Shown piece after piece: positions 21,879-32,254 of a stretch of 36,565 bases of DNA (its first letter is position 1; each line of letters starts with the position of its first letter). The notes below the pieces were generated by a model that did no database searches, was not told the DNA's origin, and saw only the letters and a program-made list of their open reading frames with translations. The DNA comes from Octopus bimaculoides (Eukaryota): contig NC_068994.1 of the NCBI RefSeq assembly GCF_001194135.2, positions 15,602,415-15,638,979 on the forward strand. Reading direction: 5' to 3'. Made by a program: the position numbers and the translations under genes.

Positions 21879-22261
21879 GTGGCAGCGCAATGGCCCAGTG
21901 GTTAGGGCAGCGCACTCGCGGTCATAGGATCACGGTTTCGATTCCCAGACCGAGCATTGTGAGTGTTTATTGAGCGAAAACACCTAAAGCTCCACGAGAC
22001 TCCGGCAGGGGATGGTGGCGAACCCTGCTGTACTCCTTCACCACAACTTTCTCTCACTCTTTCTTCCTGTTTCTGTTGTGCCTGTAATTCAAAGGGTCAG
22101 CCTTGTCATACTGTGTCACGCTGAATATCCCCGAGAACTACGTTAAGGGTACACGTGTCTGTGAAGTGCTCAGCCACTTGCACGTTAATTTCACGAGCAG
22201 GCTGTTCCATTGATCGGATCAACTGGAACCCTCAACGTTGTAAGCGACAGAGTGCCAACAA
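21879..22261 (+). mobile_element. Full-length tRNA-derived SINE with perfect 12-bp TSD
   Basis: ATACCAATTAAA at 21867-21878 and 22262-22273; A-box TGGCCCAGTGG and B-box-like GTTTCGATTCC; CpGs retained, so probably young. Confidence 0.9.
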
Positions 22262-22377
22262 ATACCAATTAAAATAAAGAAAAAAAATGAAATGATTCCC
22301 TGATATGTAGTTACCAACATAAAAGTAAAATGTTTACTATATCTCTTCTGATTTAACATCTCCATTTTGTTTTTCAG

Positions 22378-22597
22378 ATGTCTTTAAGGAATGGCAAGCA
22401 TCCTGTGTTCCACATCAATGTTAATAATAACCTAACATACAAGACACCTGAAGAAATTAGCAGCATTCTTCTTCAAACTCTAGTTGCAGCTGCAGACCGG
22501 AACTTGTCAGTAGCTGTTAAGAAAGTTGTCATCTCTGTACCAGCAGAATTTGATGAAATGCAGCGGAATTACACGAGAAAATCTGCAAATCTCCTTG
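22378..22597 (+). CDS. HSPA13: HSPA13 coding exon 5
   Basis: tttttcag| MSLRNGKHPVF...KTPEEISSILL...KVVISVPAEFDEMQRNYTRKSANLL(G) |gtatat; 220 nt. Confidence 0.96.
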
Positions 22598-22675
22598 GTA
22601 TATTTTGTTTCTTGCATATTTCTCTGTGTTTGTGTGTGTATGTATACATACATGTATATATATATATATATATAT

Positions 22676-23420
22676 CATCATCATCATCATCGTTTAACGT
22701 CCGCTTTCCATGCTAGCATGGGTTGGACGATTTGACTGAGGACTGGTGAAACCGGATGGCAACACCAGGCTCCAGTCTAATTTGGCAGAGTTTCTACAGC
22801 TGGATGCCCTTCCTAACGCCAACCACTCAGAGAGTGTAGTGGGTGCTNNNNNNNNNNNNNNNNNNNNNNNNNNNNNNNNNNNNNNNNNNNNNNNNNNNNN
22901 NNNNNNNNNNNNNNNNNNNNNNNNNNNNNNNNNNNNNNNNNNNNNNNNNNNNNNNNNNNNNNNNNNNNNNNNNNNNNNNNNNNNNNNNNNNNNNNNNNNN
23001 NNNNNNNNNNNNNNNNNNNNNNNNNNNNNNNNNNNNNNNNNNNNNNNNNNNNNNNNNNNNNNNNNNNNNNNNNNNNNNNNGCCATGCTCAAAATGGTGCA
23101 TCTCATGTGCCACCCGCACAAGAACCAGTCCAGGGGCACTGGCAACGATCTTACTTGGCTTGCCTGGTCTTCTCACGCACAGCCCATTTCCAAAGGTCTC
23201 GGTCCGTAGTCATCGCCTCGGTGAGGCCCAATGTACGAAGGTCTTGCCTCACCACCTCAGCCCAGGTCTTCCTGGGCCTACCTCTTCCACGGGTTCCCTC
23301 AACTGTTAGGGTGTGGCACTTTTTCACGCAGCTATCCTCATCCAGTCTCACCACATGTCCATACCAGCGCAATCGTCTCTCTTGCACGCCACAACTGATG
23401 CTTCTAATGTTCAGCTTTTC
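22676..23420 (-). mobile_element. RTE-clade LINE 3' fragment (ORF C-terminus + 3' UTR + (GAT)n tail), spans an N gap
   Basis: EKLNIRSISCGVQERRLRWYGHVVRLDEDSCVKK...GTRGRGRPRKTWAEVVRQDL...DRDLWK*, then the 3' UTR ending ...GGAAAGCGGACGTTAAACGATGATG. Confidence 0.88.
22848..23080. other. Assembly gap
   Basis: N run inside the RTE 3' UTR repeat units. Confidence 1.
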
Positions 23421-23479
23421 TATGTATATGTATATATACATATGTATATGTATATATACGTATGTATATATATGTATTA

Positions 23480-23890
23480 TCATTGTTTGACATCCATTTT
23501 CCAAGCTGGTATGGGTTTGATGGTTTGACTGAAGTCTGGAAAGCCAGCAACTGCACCAGGCTCCAATCTGAGCTGGCAATATTTCTACAGCTGGATGCCC
23601 TTTCTAACACCAACCACTCCGAGAGTGTTATGAATGCTTTTTACATGCCACCGGCACAGGAGCCAGCCAGGCAGACCTGATATCAATTGTGTTCGGATAG
23701 TGCTTTTTATGTGCCATTGGCACAGGAGTCTGTCAGGGGGCACTGTCATCGGTTACGGTTCAGATGATGCTTTTTATGTGCCACCAGCACGGGAGCCAGT
23801 CAGGCAGACCTGGCATCGACCATGCTGAAATGGTGCTTTTTACATGCCACTGGCATGTGAGCCAGTGAGGGGGCACTGGCCACAACTACA
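23480..23890 (-). mobile_element. RTE-type tail element with four internal units of about 65 bp
   Basis: Repeated TTTTA(C/T)(A/G)TGCCA..GGCAC.GGAGCCAGTCAGG units followed by the tail. Confidence 0.75.
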
Positions 23891-24466
23891 ATTTTGGTTT
23901 TATTTGACAGAACAGATCTTCTCAAGCATATCGCCCGGTCAAAAATGGAGGAGATAAGATGTTAAAAAGTTGTAAGAAATTTATTCATGCATACAATCGT
24001 TTTGTACAAAGATAGAAATTCATTTTAGAATTTGCAAATATCAAAGTACTTATCAGTGCAGAGAAAAAATAATAATAGGAACTTAAAAAAAGAGCAGAGA
24101 AGTTGGATGTATGAGTTTCATGTTTATCTGTTCCTATCTATGTGTGATAGTGATGGGAGTCATGTCAATTATTAAACCACAACTAACAGATGAATGGTTA
24201 GGGGATGATATAGATATAGAGATATCGATAACACTCTCTCTATAGATTAGTATAGATTTGCTAATTAAATTTCCATCTATGCAGCATAAGGCAACTTAGA
24301 GAAAATGAGAAAATGTTACCTAATGTAGATTAAATCTAACTGTTGAAAACAATACTTGTTTTTTTTTTATACTATTTCTCTACCAAAATACAACTCCCCA
24401 AAACAGCAATATTCGCAACTACAAAGGCAAAAAAGAAAAAATAACGAATCTACCCAGCCTTGATCA

Positions 24467-24538
24467 ATTGCAGACGCGTTTCTGGATTAAAGAGGTGCAA
24501 ATTATATTACTCGAACTTATTTCCTTCATCAGTGCAAT
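24467..24538 (-). ncRNA. Second minimal type I hammerhead ribozyme motif
   Basis: Minus strand: AUUGCA-CUGAUGA-AGGA(35 nt)UCCA-GAAAC-GC-GUC^-UGCAAU. Perfect 6-bp stem I, intact core, canonical GUC site, palindromic ACGCGU stem III; stem II is short with an A.A mismatch at its base. Confidence 0.7.
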
Positions 24539-25026
24539 ACTTCTACTATAACTTTGAGTCAACCAAAATATTGTGAATGTGTTCTGTCGACAGAAACTGA
24601 AAGAAACCCTTTGTGTTTGTTTGTGTGTCATGTGTATTAATGTCTCCTTGTCTTGACATTATGTGACAGTTGTAAATGAGTGTCACTGTCAAGTAAGCAG
24701 TCTTCTCCATTTTCAGTTTTTTGTGAAAACATGTCTGGCCATGGAGGAAACGTTACTGTGTTTGGAAGCAGGTGAGGGTTGGTGACAGGAAGAGCATCAG
24801 GTCATCATAAATCTGCCTCAATAAATTCTGTCCAACCCATGTAAGCATGAAAAAGTGGAAGTTAAAACAATGATAATGATGAGGAACCAGCACTGGTTAT
24901 TTGTTAAAATATACATTTTCCAATGTAACATCTCACTTTCATTCTACTGTGTGAATATTTTACTTGCTGTTGTGGTATTTTCTCTATCGGTATTTCCTTC
25001 TAATGACAAAATACACTCCCTTTCAG

Positions 25027-25197
25027 GTCTTCAAGTGATGCGGATAATCAATGAACCTACAGCTGCTGCTATGGCTTATGGTTTCCACAGTGCACCAAGT
25101 CTTTGCTATATAATTGTTGTAGATTTAGGTGGTGGAACGCTAGATGTTTCCTTGCTCAATGTGCAAGGGGGAATGTTTTTGACCCTCGCAATGGCTG
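25027..25197 (+). CDS. HSPA13: HSPA13 coding exon 6
   Basis: ctttcag| (G)[20 protein letters not shown]...[27 protein letters not shown](G) |gtaaga; Hsp70 connect-1 and phosphate-2 motifs. Confidence 0.97.
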
Positions 25198-26008
25198 GTA
25201 AGAATCATTAATACTTACTTCAAACTCAACTGCTAATCACAGAACACAGGAATTCTCAGCATTGTGATTAAGAAGTTCACTTTGCAGTTCTCTTGTTCTA
25301 GGTTTGCAGCTCTTTAAGCAAGTATTTTTCACCATCATAGAGTCTTGTTAATCCAAACTTTGTAAATGAAATTGATTAAAAGGAAACTGAGAGAAAATCT
25401 TGATGATGGACTTTACCTATTCTTAGGTGGTAAACTTAAACTGTTATCTGGTCAACACCACTTCCTGGTCCTTGAGTATGTTTAGCTCTTTGACATTCAG
25501 ATCATTCTGTTAAATGTAGTGCTTATATATATATATGTATTCACATTATTTTGAATTACTTATGGATTGTCTTGTAGCTTTGAGATTTCAATGATGTGAT
25601 TGTTTATTTTAGAATGACATTGTAGGTACGTGTGAGAGACTGGATTTGGCTAATTTGAACATAAAGCAGGTAGAATATTTGGACCAAATATGGCTGGTTT
25701 ATATGCCAAATGGTCAAGTCCATTCTGTTGGAAGCATTAAGGCCAGATCTGTTTCTAACTCGGTTTTGGATACCCTGGATAAAAGGCCATGGCTACTAAC
25801 TTTTCTCTGTTTAATCCATAAAAAAATTGTGTTGAGTAGGATTTATAATATAAGTTTATATAATTTTTTCATATCCTCCTCCTCTTTCTTGGTAGATGTT
25901 TGTGGAAAGAGCTGTATGTTTGGGGTAACTGCTGATATAAGGGGCTAAATTTTTGGTGAAATTGTTGCTGTATGCAACTGTATTTTAGTAGGATAACTCC
26001 TGATTTAA

Positions 26009-26403
26009 CCCTTTAGCATTTAAACCAACCAGATCCTATCTCACTCCTATCCTATAATGTCATTTCAAAAATATGCAAACACATGATTGAAATCTCAAAG
26101 CTACAAGGATTAATCGGAAACAATGTCAATGAATAAGCATTACATTTGACAGAATTGTCTGACTGTGACAGGGTAAAACTGTAAATTATTGAAATGGTAA
26201 ACTATAGATAGTTGTTTTAACCCTTTAGGTCCAAATATTCTGTTTTATGTTCAGATCAGCTACGTTTGGCCTCACACCTATCCTACAATTCTAAAATTAA
26301 ACAATATCATATAAATCTCATAGCTATGAAATAATGCATAATTAATTCAAAACAAAGTGAATGAATAAGCATTACATGTGACAGTAATTTGAATGCTAGA
26401 GGA
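26009..26403 (-). mobile_element. Two adjacent piggyBac-type MITE copies
   Basis: TTAACCCTTTAG at 26005 and 26217; internal sequence is the reverse complement of 1830-2033. Confidence 0.7.
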
Positions 26404-26429
26404 TTACGGGATCACACCTAAGATGCCAA

Positions 26430-26770
26430 TATGACTGTAAGGGACTACAATTTGGAGAGGGAATGTAAGTACTACAGTTGGGGTGAGATGGCACAAGTCT
26501 AAGGAACTATATTTGAGGGCTAAGTGTGAGGGATTGCATTTGGGATAAATATGAGTGCAAGAGACTACTTTTGGTGGGGTAAATGTGAGTACAAAGGACT
26601 ACACTTGCAGGGTAAATGTAAGAGTAGGGCATTACATTTAAAGGGTTAATGTTAGAAATTACATTTGGGTATATAAATGTAAGCAACTACATTTTAATGG
26701 TAAATGGACTATTTTAAGTAGTAAATGTGCAAGGGACTACTACTTGATGGTTAAATTTTAGGGTCTGTAT
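26430..26770. repeat. Degenerate minisatellite (GGGACTACATTTGGGGTAAATGT-like units)
   Basis: About 11-12 diverged 25-35 bp units ending about 60 bp before the last HSPA13 exon. Confidence 0.7.
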
Positions 26771-26833
26771 TACTTAAACCTGAACCAAATGCTCTGCAAA
26801 AGAAATATTTCCTTTCTTTACTATACTTTTCAG

Positions 26834-27375
26834 GTAATAACCGTTTAGGCGGACAAGATTTTAACCAACGTCTTACTGACCACATGCTGGATTTGATCAG
26901 TAAACAGTTCAACAAACAGTTAGTCGACAAGACAGACAGACAGACACTGCGCTTTCAAGTAGAGGAAGCTAAATTGAAGCTGACCGACCGTTTGTCGACA
27001 GACATCAGCATGAAAATCACCTCCTTTCAAGGATCACCAACATTCCACACTACTGTCACGAGACAACACTTTGAAAATCTCAATGCTGACTTATTTAAGA
27101 AAGTGCTGGACCCTATTGATTCTGTATTGAAAACGGTACTAATGGATCGCCAAGAAGTGCATGATGTTGTTTTGGTTGGTGGATCGACTCGAATACCAAA
27201 GGTTCAGAATCTCATCAAAGAGTATTTCAACAAAGATCCAAATACGTCAGTTGAGCCGGAACTAGCTGTAGCCATTGGCGTTTCTATCCAGGCAGGCATA
27301 CTTGGTGGGATGTGGCCATTAACTGTTAGTGCTGTAGAAAAACCTATACAGACCAAAAAAATTCATATTTCTTGA
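26834..27375 (+). CDS. HSPA13: HSPA13 terminal coding exon 7
   Basis: acttttcag| (G)NNRLGGQDFNQRL...VVLVGGSTRIPKV...KDPNTSVEPELAVAIGVSIQAGILGGMWPLTVSAVEKP...IHIS*. The protein stops after the ATPase domain with the GGxWPLxVSA tail typical of HSPA13 (no substrate-binding domain). Exon lengths sum to 1299 nt = 432 aa + stop. Confidence 0.97.
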
Positions 27376-27478
27376 TCAGGCGAGCAGAATTGAACTAAAC
27401 AAATTGTACAGACTTTGTTATTGTTATTTATATTTTGGACTGCAATATTTTATAATTTAATTTCATAAACACATTATA

Positions 27479-27539
<61 letters not shown>

Positions 27540-27745
27540 NNNNNNNNNNNNNNNNNNNNNNNNNNNNNNNNNNNNNNNNNNNNNNNNNNNNNNNNNNNNN
27601 NNNNNNNNNNNNNNNNNNNNNNNNNNNNNNNNNNNNNNNNNNNNNNNNNNNNNNNNNNNNNNNNNNNNNNNNNNNNNNNNNNNNNNNNNNNNNNNNNNNN
27701 NNNNNNNNNNNNNNNNNNNNNNNNNNNNNNNNNNNNNNNNNNNNN
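27540..27745. other. Assembly gap
   Basis: N run after (TG)n in the presumed HSPA13 3' UTR region. Confidence 1.
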
Positions 27746-27847
27746 TATCTTCCTTGCTTTTTCTTTTATATCTTGTAGAGGTTTCATGGAGATTTTTGTA
27801 TTTCTAATTTCAATTGATTGAAACTTTTCAATTCATTATACTGTGTA

Positions 27848-28218
27848 TGAGAGACTGAAAAATCCCTGGCTTTGGGTAAAAGAAAATACAGGAGGATGAG
27901 TTAATTATGATTTTATTCAACATATTCCCCTCTCAGATTCACACACTTATTGCAGCGGTCCTTCAGTTTTTCTAAACCCTGTAAAAGGACTCAGAAGGTT
28001 TGGGCCTCCAACCAGGCCTTTCATGATATCCTTAAAGGCATGAACTTTTCAGTACCCAGTCAGATATATATAATCATCATCAACCATGTTTTAAATCTGG
28101 GTTTTGTCCCTGTTAACGAGGGTGGTTGGATCTACCTCAATGCCAATCAGAATTATTGAGCCTCCAGTCAGGCTTTTTGCTACCCCCTTAAAGCCAGGAA
28201 CTTTCCAGCACCCTCTCA
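27848..28218 (-). mobile_element. Mariner-derived MITE / deletion derivative
   Basis: TA TSDs; TIR TGAGAG..CTG.AAA.T.CCTGGCTTT; the minus strand retains the transposase C-terminus KLKDRCNKCVNLRGEYVE*. Confidence 0.75.
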
Positions 28219-28229
28219 TATATGTGTGA

Positions 28230-28650
28230 GTGTATGATTGTGTGGTTTGGAAATTTGGTTTCCAACCACGTGGTTTTGGTTTGAGTCCCCACTGCATAGC
28301 ACTTTGGGAAAGTGTTCTCAACTATAGCTTTCATCCAATCAAACTTTCCATGTTGATATGGTAGAGAAAAGCTGAAAGAAGCCTGTTGTTTATGTGTGTC
28401 TATATATATGTGTGTGTGTGATTCTATCTCCTTGTCTTGATATTGTATGATAGTTGTAAATGAGCATTACTGCCTTACATGCAGTGTTGTTCCTTTCCGG
28501 TCTTCTATGAAAACCTATCTTGCAATGGAGAACATTACTCGGAAACAGGTGATGATTGATGAAAGGAAGGGCATTTGGATGAAGAAAATCTACCTCCATG
28601 AATTCCGTCTGAGCCATGCAAGCATGGAAATGTGGACGTTAAAACATTGA
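28230..28650 (+). mobile_element. Chimeric SINE: family-A head/core + RTE-type tail
   Basis: 5' half matches family A; after the microsatellite it ends GGAAGGGCAT...CATGCAAGCATGGAAATGTGGACGTTAAA. Similar at 24540-24880 and 35125-35405. Confidence 0.65.
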
Positions 28651-29091
28651 TAGTGATTATATGTAAACACACATGCACATGCATACATGTGTTTGTGTGT
28701 GTGTGTGTGTATAATGCAGAACAGACTCTAGTTTCTTTTCACTCCAACTGTTGACACTCATAATCAGCATTCATTGTTTCCCCTGCATTTCTCTCTCTCT
28801 ATACATTCGATCACTTCAAACTCTAATTAGCTGAAATGGACATGCTTTGCTGATGAGAACTAATAAGCACCATTTTTGGCTTTAAGGGACTAGATCCACT
28901 CCTTGCTACACTATCGTTATTTCCTAATAATTGCGTTTATTGTTATTGAAGTTATCTCCCTTGCTAGCTTTTGCTAGATTTAAAATACCTCATTTGTTTT
29001 CTCATAGCAAAGATAATCTTTGTGAACTGAAGTTCTATAACTTACTATATTATGAATGTAAAGTCCTGTAATTATACACACACACACACTG

Positions 29092-29460
29092 GTGGCTGTT
29101 TGGTAAGAAGCTTGCTTTCCAACGACATGGTTCTGGGTTTATAGTCCCACTGTGTGGCACCTTGGGCAAGTGTCTTCTACTATTGCCTCAGGCCGACCAA
29201 AGCCCTATGAGTGGATTTGGTAGTTGGAAACTGAAAGAAGCATTCGTATACATGTGTGTGTGTGTCTGAGTTTGTCCTCTCACCATCACTTGACAACCAA
29301 TGTTGGTGTGTTTACATCCCCATAACTTAGGGGTTTGGAAAAAGTAATTGATAGAATAAGAACTAGGCTTACAAAGAATAAGTCCTAGGGCCGATTTCTT
29401 TGACTAAAGGCGGTGCTCCAGCATGGCTGCAGTCAGATGACTGAAACAAATGAAAGAATA
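29092..29460 (+). mobile_element. Family-A SINE; the rosa transposon is inserted in its TA tail
   Basis: Homologous to 2749-3140. Confidence 0.8.
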
Positions 29461-29470
29461 TATATATATA

Positions 29471-30699
29471 CAGGGTATCCCGAAAAATTGTAGGTGTTTA
29501 TTAAAATACATTTCATTTTCAAAATTTAATAGATTCTACAGACATTATTCTATTGTTTTGTCAATGCCTGTTTTCAAACTGACATCCGTCCTGGTCCAGG
29601 CACTGGTGACAACATGAAGTAATGGGATCACAGACATCACGAAAGAATTCGTTTGATATTTGTGTGCATTCTTGTTCAATGGCTGCTCTCAAATCAGCGA
29701 CTGTTGCAGGTTTCATAGTATAGACTTTGTCTTTTAGGTATCTCCATAAAAAAAAGAAAGTCTGGTGGTGTGAGGTCTGGTGAATACAGAGGGTGTTCAA
29801 CAAAACCCCTTCGTCCAATCCACCTCTTTGGCAAGATCTCATCAGATTAGGATCTAACATCATGATGGTAGTGTGGAGGTGCCCCATCTTGCTGAAAATA
29901 AAACTCCTCATCTTCAAAGTCTTCTCTAAGACAGTTGCAGCAAGTTCAAGTAGATGGGACCAATCACAGTAGTGTCAAAAAATAATGGTCCAATTAATCC
30001 GCTTGATGATAAGCTACACCACACTGTAACTCCTGGTAAATTAACGTGGTGTTTCACCATAACATGCGGATCGTCAGACCCTAGTAGGTGCAATTGTAGC
30101 GGTTAATTGAACCATTTAATTTGAATGTAGCCTCACCACTCCACACAATCTTAGTTGGAAAGTGTGCATCTTCTACACATCGTTCCAAGTATCTCGCAAT
30201 ACTACACTCTTCGGTCTGGATCATCGTCATTAATAGCATGGACTAATCTTGGAAAGTAACTTTTCCATTGACAACGCTTCAAAATACGTTGGACACACGA
30301 TTTTGAAATACCTACCTCACGACTCGCTTGCCGCACAGATTTTCTTGGACTTTGGTGATATGTTTCCAGCACTCCTTCTTGCTTCGTTTAGGTTGTCGAT
30401 ATTCATGGTCTTCCGGAACGCTTTTCGTGGACATTCTGAACAGTTCCACCGGCTTCAAACTTATCTCTAATTCGAGTGATGGCAAGTCGCGTTGGTGGAT
30501 CTATTTGAAACTCCATCTCAAACTGTCTTTGCACTTTGACTGCGTTTTCACACTTCCAGTAGCATTTTAGAATGAATTTCCTTTGCTCAAAGCTTAGTCT
30601 GACTGCCATCATTAATTCCAATGGGCTTCATCTGGAAAGAAGAACATCAATGGAGTTATTAGCTGCTAAAGTGTGTATACATTTTTTGGGGAGACCCTA
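29471..30699 (-). mobile_element. Tc1/mariner superfamily DNA transposon fossil, DD41D (rosa/Visitor-type)
   Basis: TA TSDs; about 23-bp imperfect TIRs (CAGGGTATCCCGAAAAATTGTAG / TAGGGTCTCCCCAAAAAATGTAT); N-terminal HTH (RLSFEQRKFILKCYWK...), IVWSGEA, QQDGAPPH...SPDLTPPDF with 41 residues between the last two aspartates; stops and frameshifts. Confidence 0.9.
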
Positions 30700-30704
30700 T
30701 ATAG

Positions 30705-30965
30705 GAGGTTTCATGGTCTACTGGTTAAGGTGTTGCATTGACGATCGTGAAGTTGTAGCTTTGATCCTCAGACCAGGTGGTGTGTGTGTTGAGCAAGACA
30801 CTCCCTCTCATGCTGCTCTGCGACCACTTCAACATCTGACATGTGGCTCACCGTGAACCTGTACAAGCAATGTCGATTTGATGGAGGGAGCAACCGAGCT
30901 TATGTGCAGTACAAGCATTTGATCTCTATGAACAATTCATCATTGCAGGTTGTTCATTGAGAACT
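30705..30965 (+). mobile_element. Decayed tRNA-derived SINE (separate family)
   Basis: TGGTCTACTGGTTAAG A-box-like head followed by GTGTGTTGAGCAAGACAC core-like segment. Confidence 0.5.
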
Positions 30966-31051
30966 TGCAGAAGTCTCATTTGTTTATCATTTACAACAGG
31001 AGAGTCCATCACACATACATGTATGTGCACACACACATATATATATATATA

Positions 31052-31148
31052 TCATCATCATCATCATCGTTTAACGTCCGCTTTCCATGCTAGCATGGGT
31101 TGGACGATTTGACTGAGGACTGGTGAAACCAGATGGCTACACCAGCCA
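31052..31148 (-). mobile_element. Short RTE-type 3' tail
   Basis: (ATC)n-GTTTAACGTCCGCTTTCCATGCTAGCATGGG..., near-identical to 22676-22760. Confidence 0.8.
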
Positions 31149-31257
31149 TATATATATATATATATATATATCTTTATGTATGCACTCACATACACGTATA
31201 TGTGTGTATGTGTATATATACATGTATATATGTGTGTATACACATGTATATACGTGT

Positions 31258-31553
31258 NNNNNNNNNNNNNNNNNNNNNNNNNNNNNNNNNNNNNNNNNNN
31301 NNNNNNNNNNNNNNNNNNNNNNNNNNNNNNNNNNNNNNNNNNNNNNNNNNNNNNNNNNNNNNNNNNNNNNNNNNNNNNNNNNNNNNNNNNNNNNNNNNNN
31401 NNNNNNNNNNNNNNNNNNNNNNNNNNNNNNNNNNNNNNNNNNNNNNNNNNNNNNNNNNNNNNNNNNNNNNNNNNNNNNNNNNNNNNNNNNNNNNNNNNNN
31501 NNNNNNNNNNNNNNNNNNNNNNNNNNNNNNNNNNNNNNNNNNNNNNNNNNNNN
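31258..31553. other. Assembly gap
   Basis: N run inside a minisatellite. Confidence 1.
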
Positions 31554-31900
31554 CATGTATATACGTGTGTATGTGTGTATACACATGTATATACGTGTGT
31601 ATGTGTGTATACACATGTATATACGTGTGTATGTGTGTATACACATGTATATACGTGTGTATGTATGTATACACATGTATATACGTGTGTATGTGTGTAT
31701 ACACATGTATATACGTGTGTATGTGTGTATACACATGTATATATGTGTGTATGTGTGTATATATGTGTGTATGTGTGTATATACATGTGTGTATGTGTGT
31801 ATATACGTGTGTATGTGTGTATATACGTGTGTATGTGTATATATACGTGTGTATGTGTTTATATACATGTATATATGTGTGTATGTGTGTATATACATGC
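31554..31900. repeat. 30-bp minisatellite (CATGTATATACGTGTGTATGTGTGTATACA)n decaying into TA/TG repeats
   Basis: About six near-perfect units directly after an N gap; similar sequence precedes the gap. Confidence 0.9.
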
Positions 31901-32254
31901 ATATACTACAGCTATCACCACTGCCACTAGCTTCAATACATGTAGTTACTACCACAAAAACTGCTACAAGCTACTCACTACAAAACCAACTATGACTTCT
32001 GCCAGGCCTGTTGGCACTGTTTGGGGAATGGCTGCTGCTGCAGTAATTGCCCCTTGTTGCCACCACCACCCACACAAACATAACGGGATCACTGTCTGCA
32101 CAATGACCTATACTATATAGACTAACATTTCATGACTGTTTAATTCTGATGATGGGCTTTTCTGCCTGAGACATATAAATGTTATTGAAGTTTTGTTTTT
32201 GAATTGTAAAAAGCTCTCCATCTTCGCTATTTTGTTATTTTACTTTTATTGTCA

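Noticed and set aside
21879-21960. tRNA gene
   Set aside because: The A and B boxes belong to a SINE head with TSDs; no complete cloverleaf or terminator. The same holds for 13450-13520.
26430-26770. CRISPR-like repeat-spacer array
   Set aside because: Units are highly degenerate with no unique spacers, and the context is a eukaryotic intron.
31064-32120. Long ORFs of 238-314 aa
   Set aside because: Made of N gaps plus TA/TG minisatellite; the same applies to the ORFs spanning the gaps at 16.5, 22.8 and 27.5 kb.
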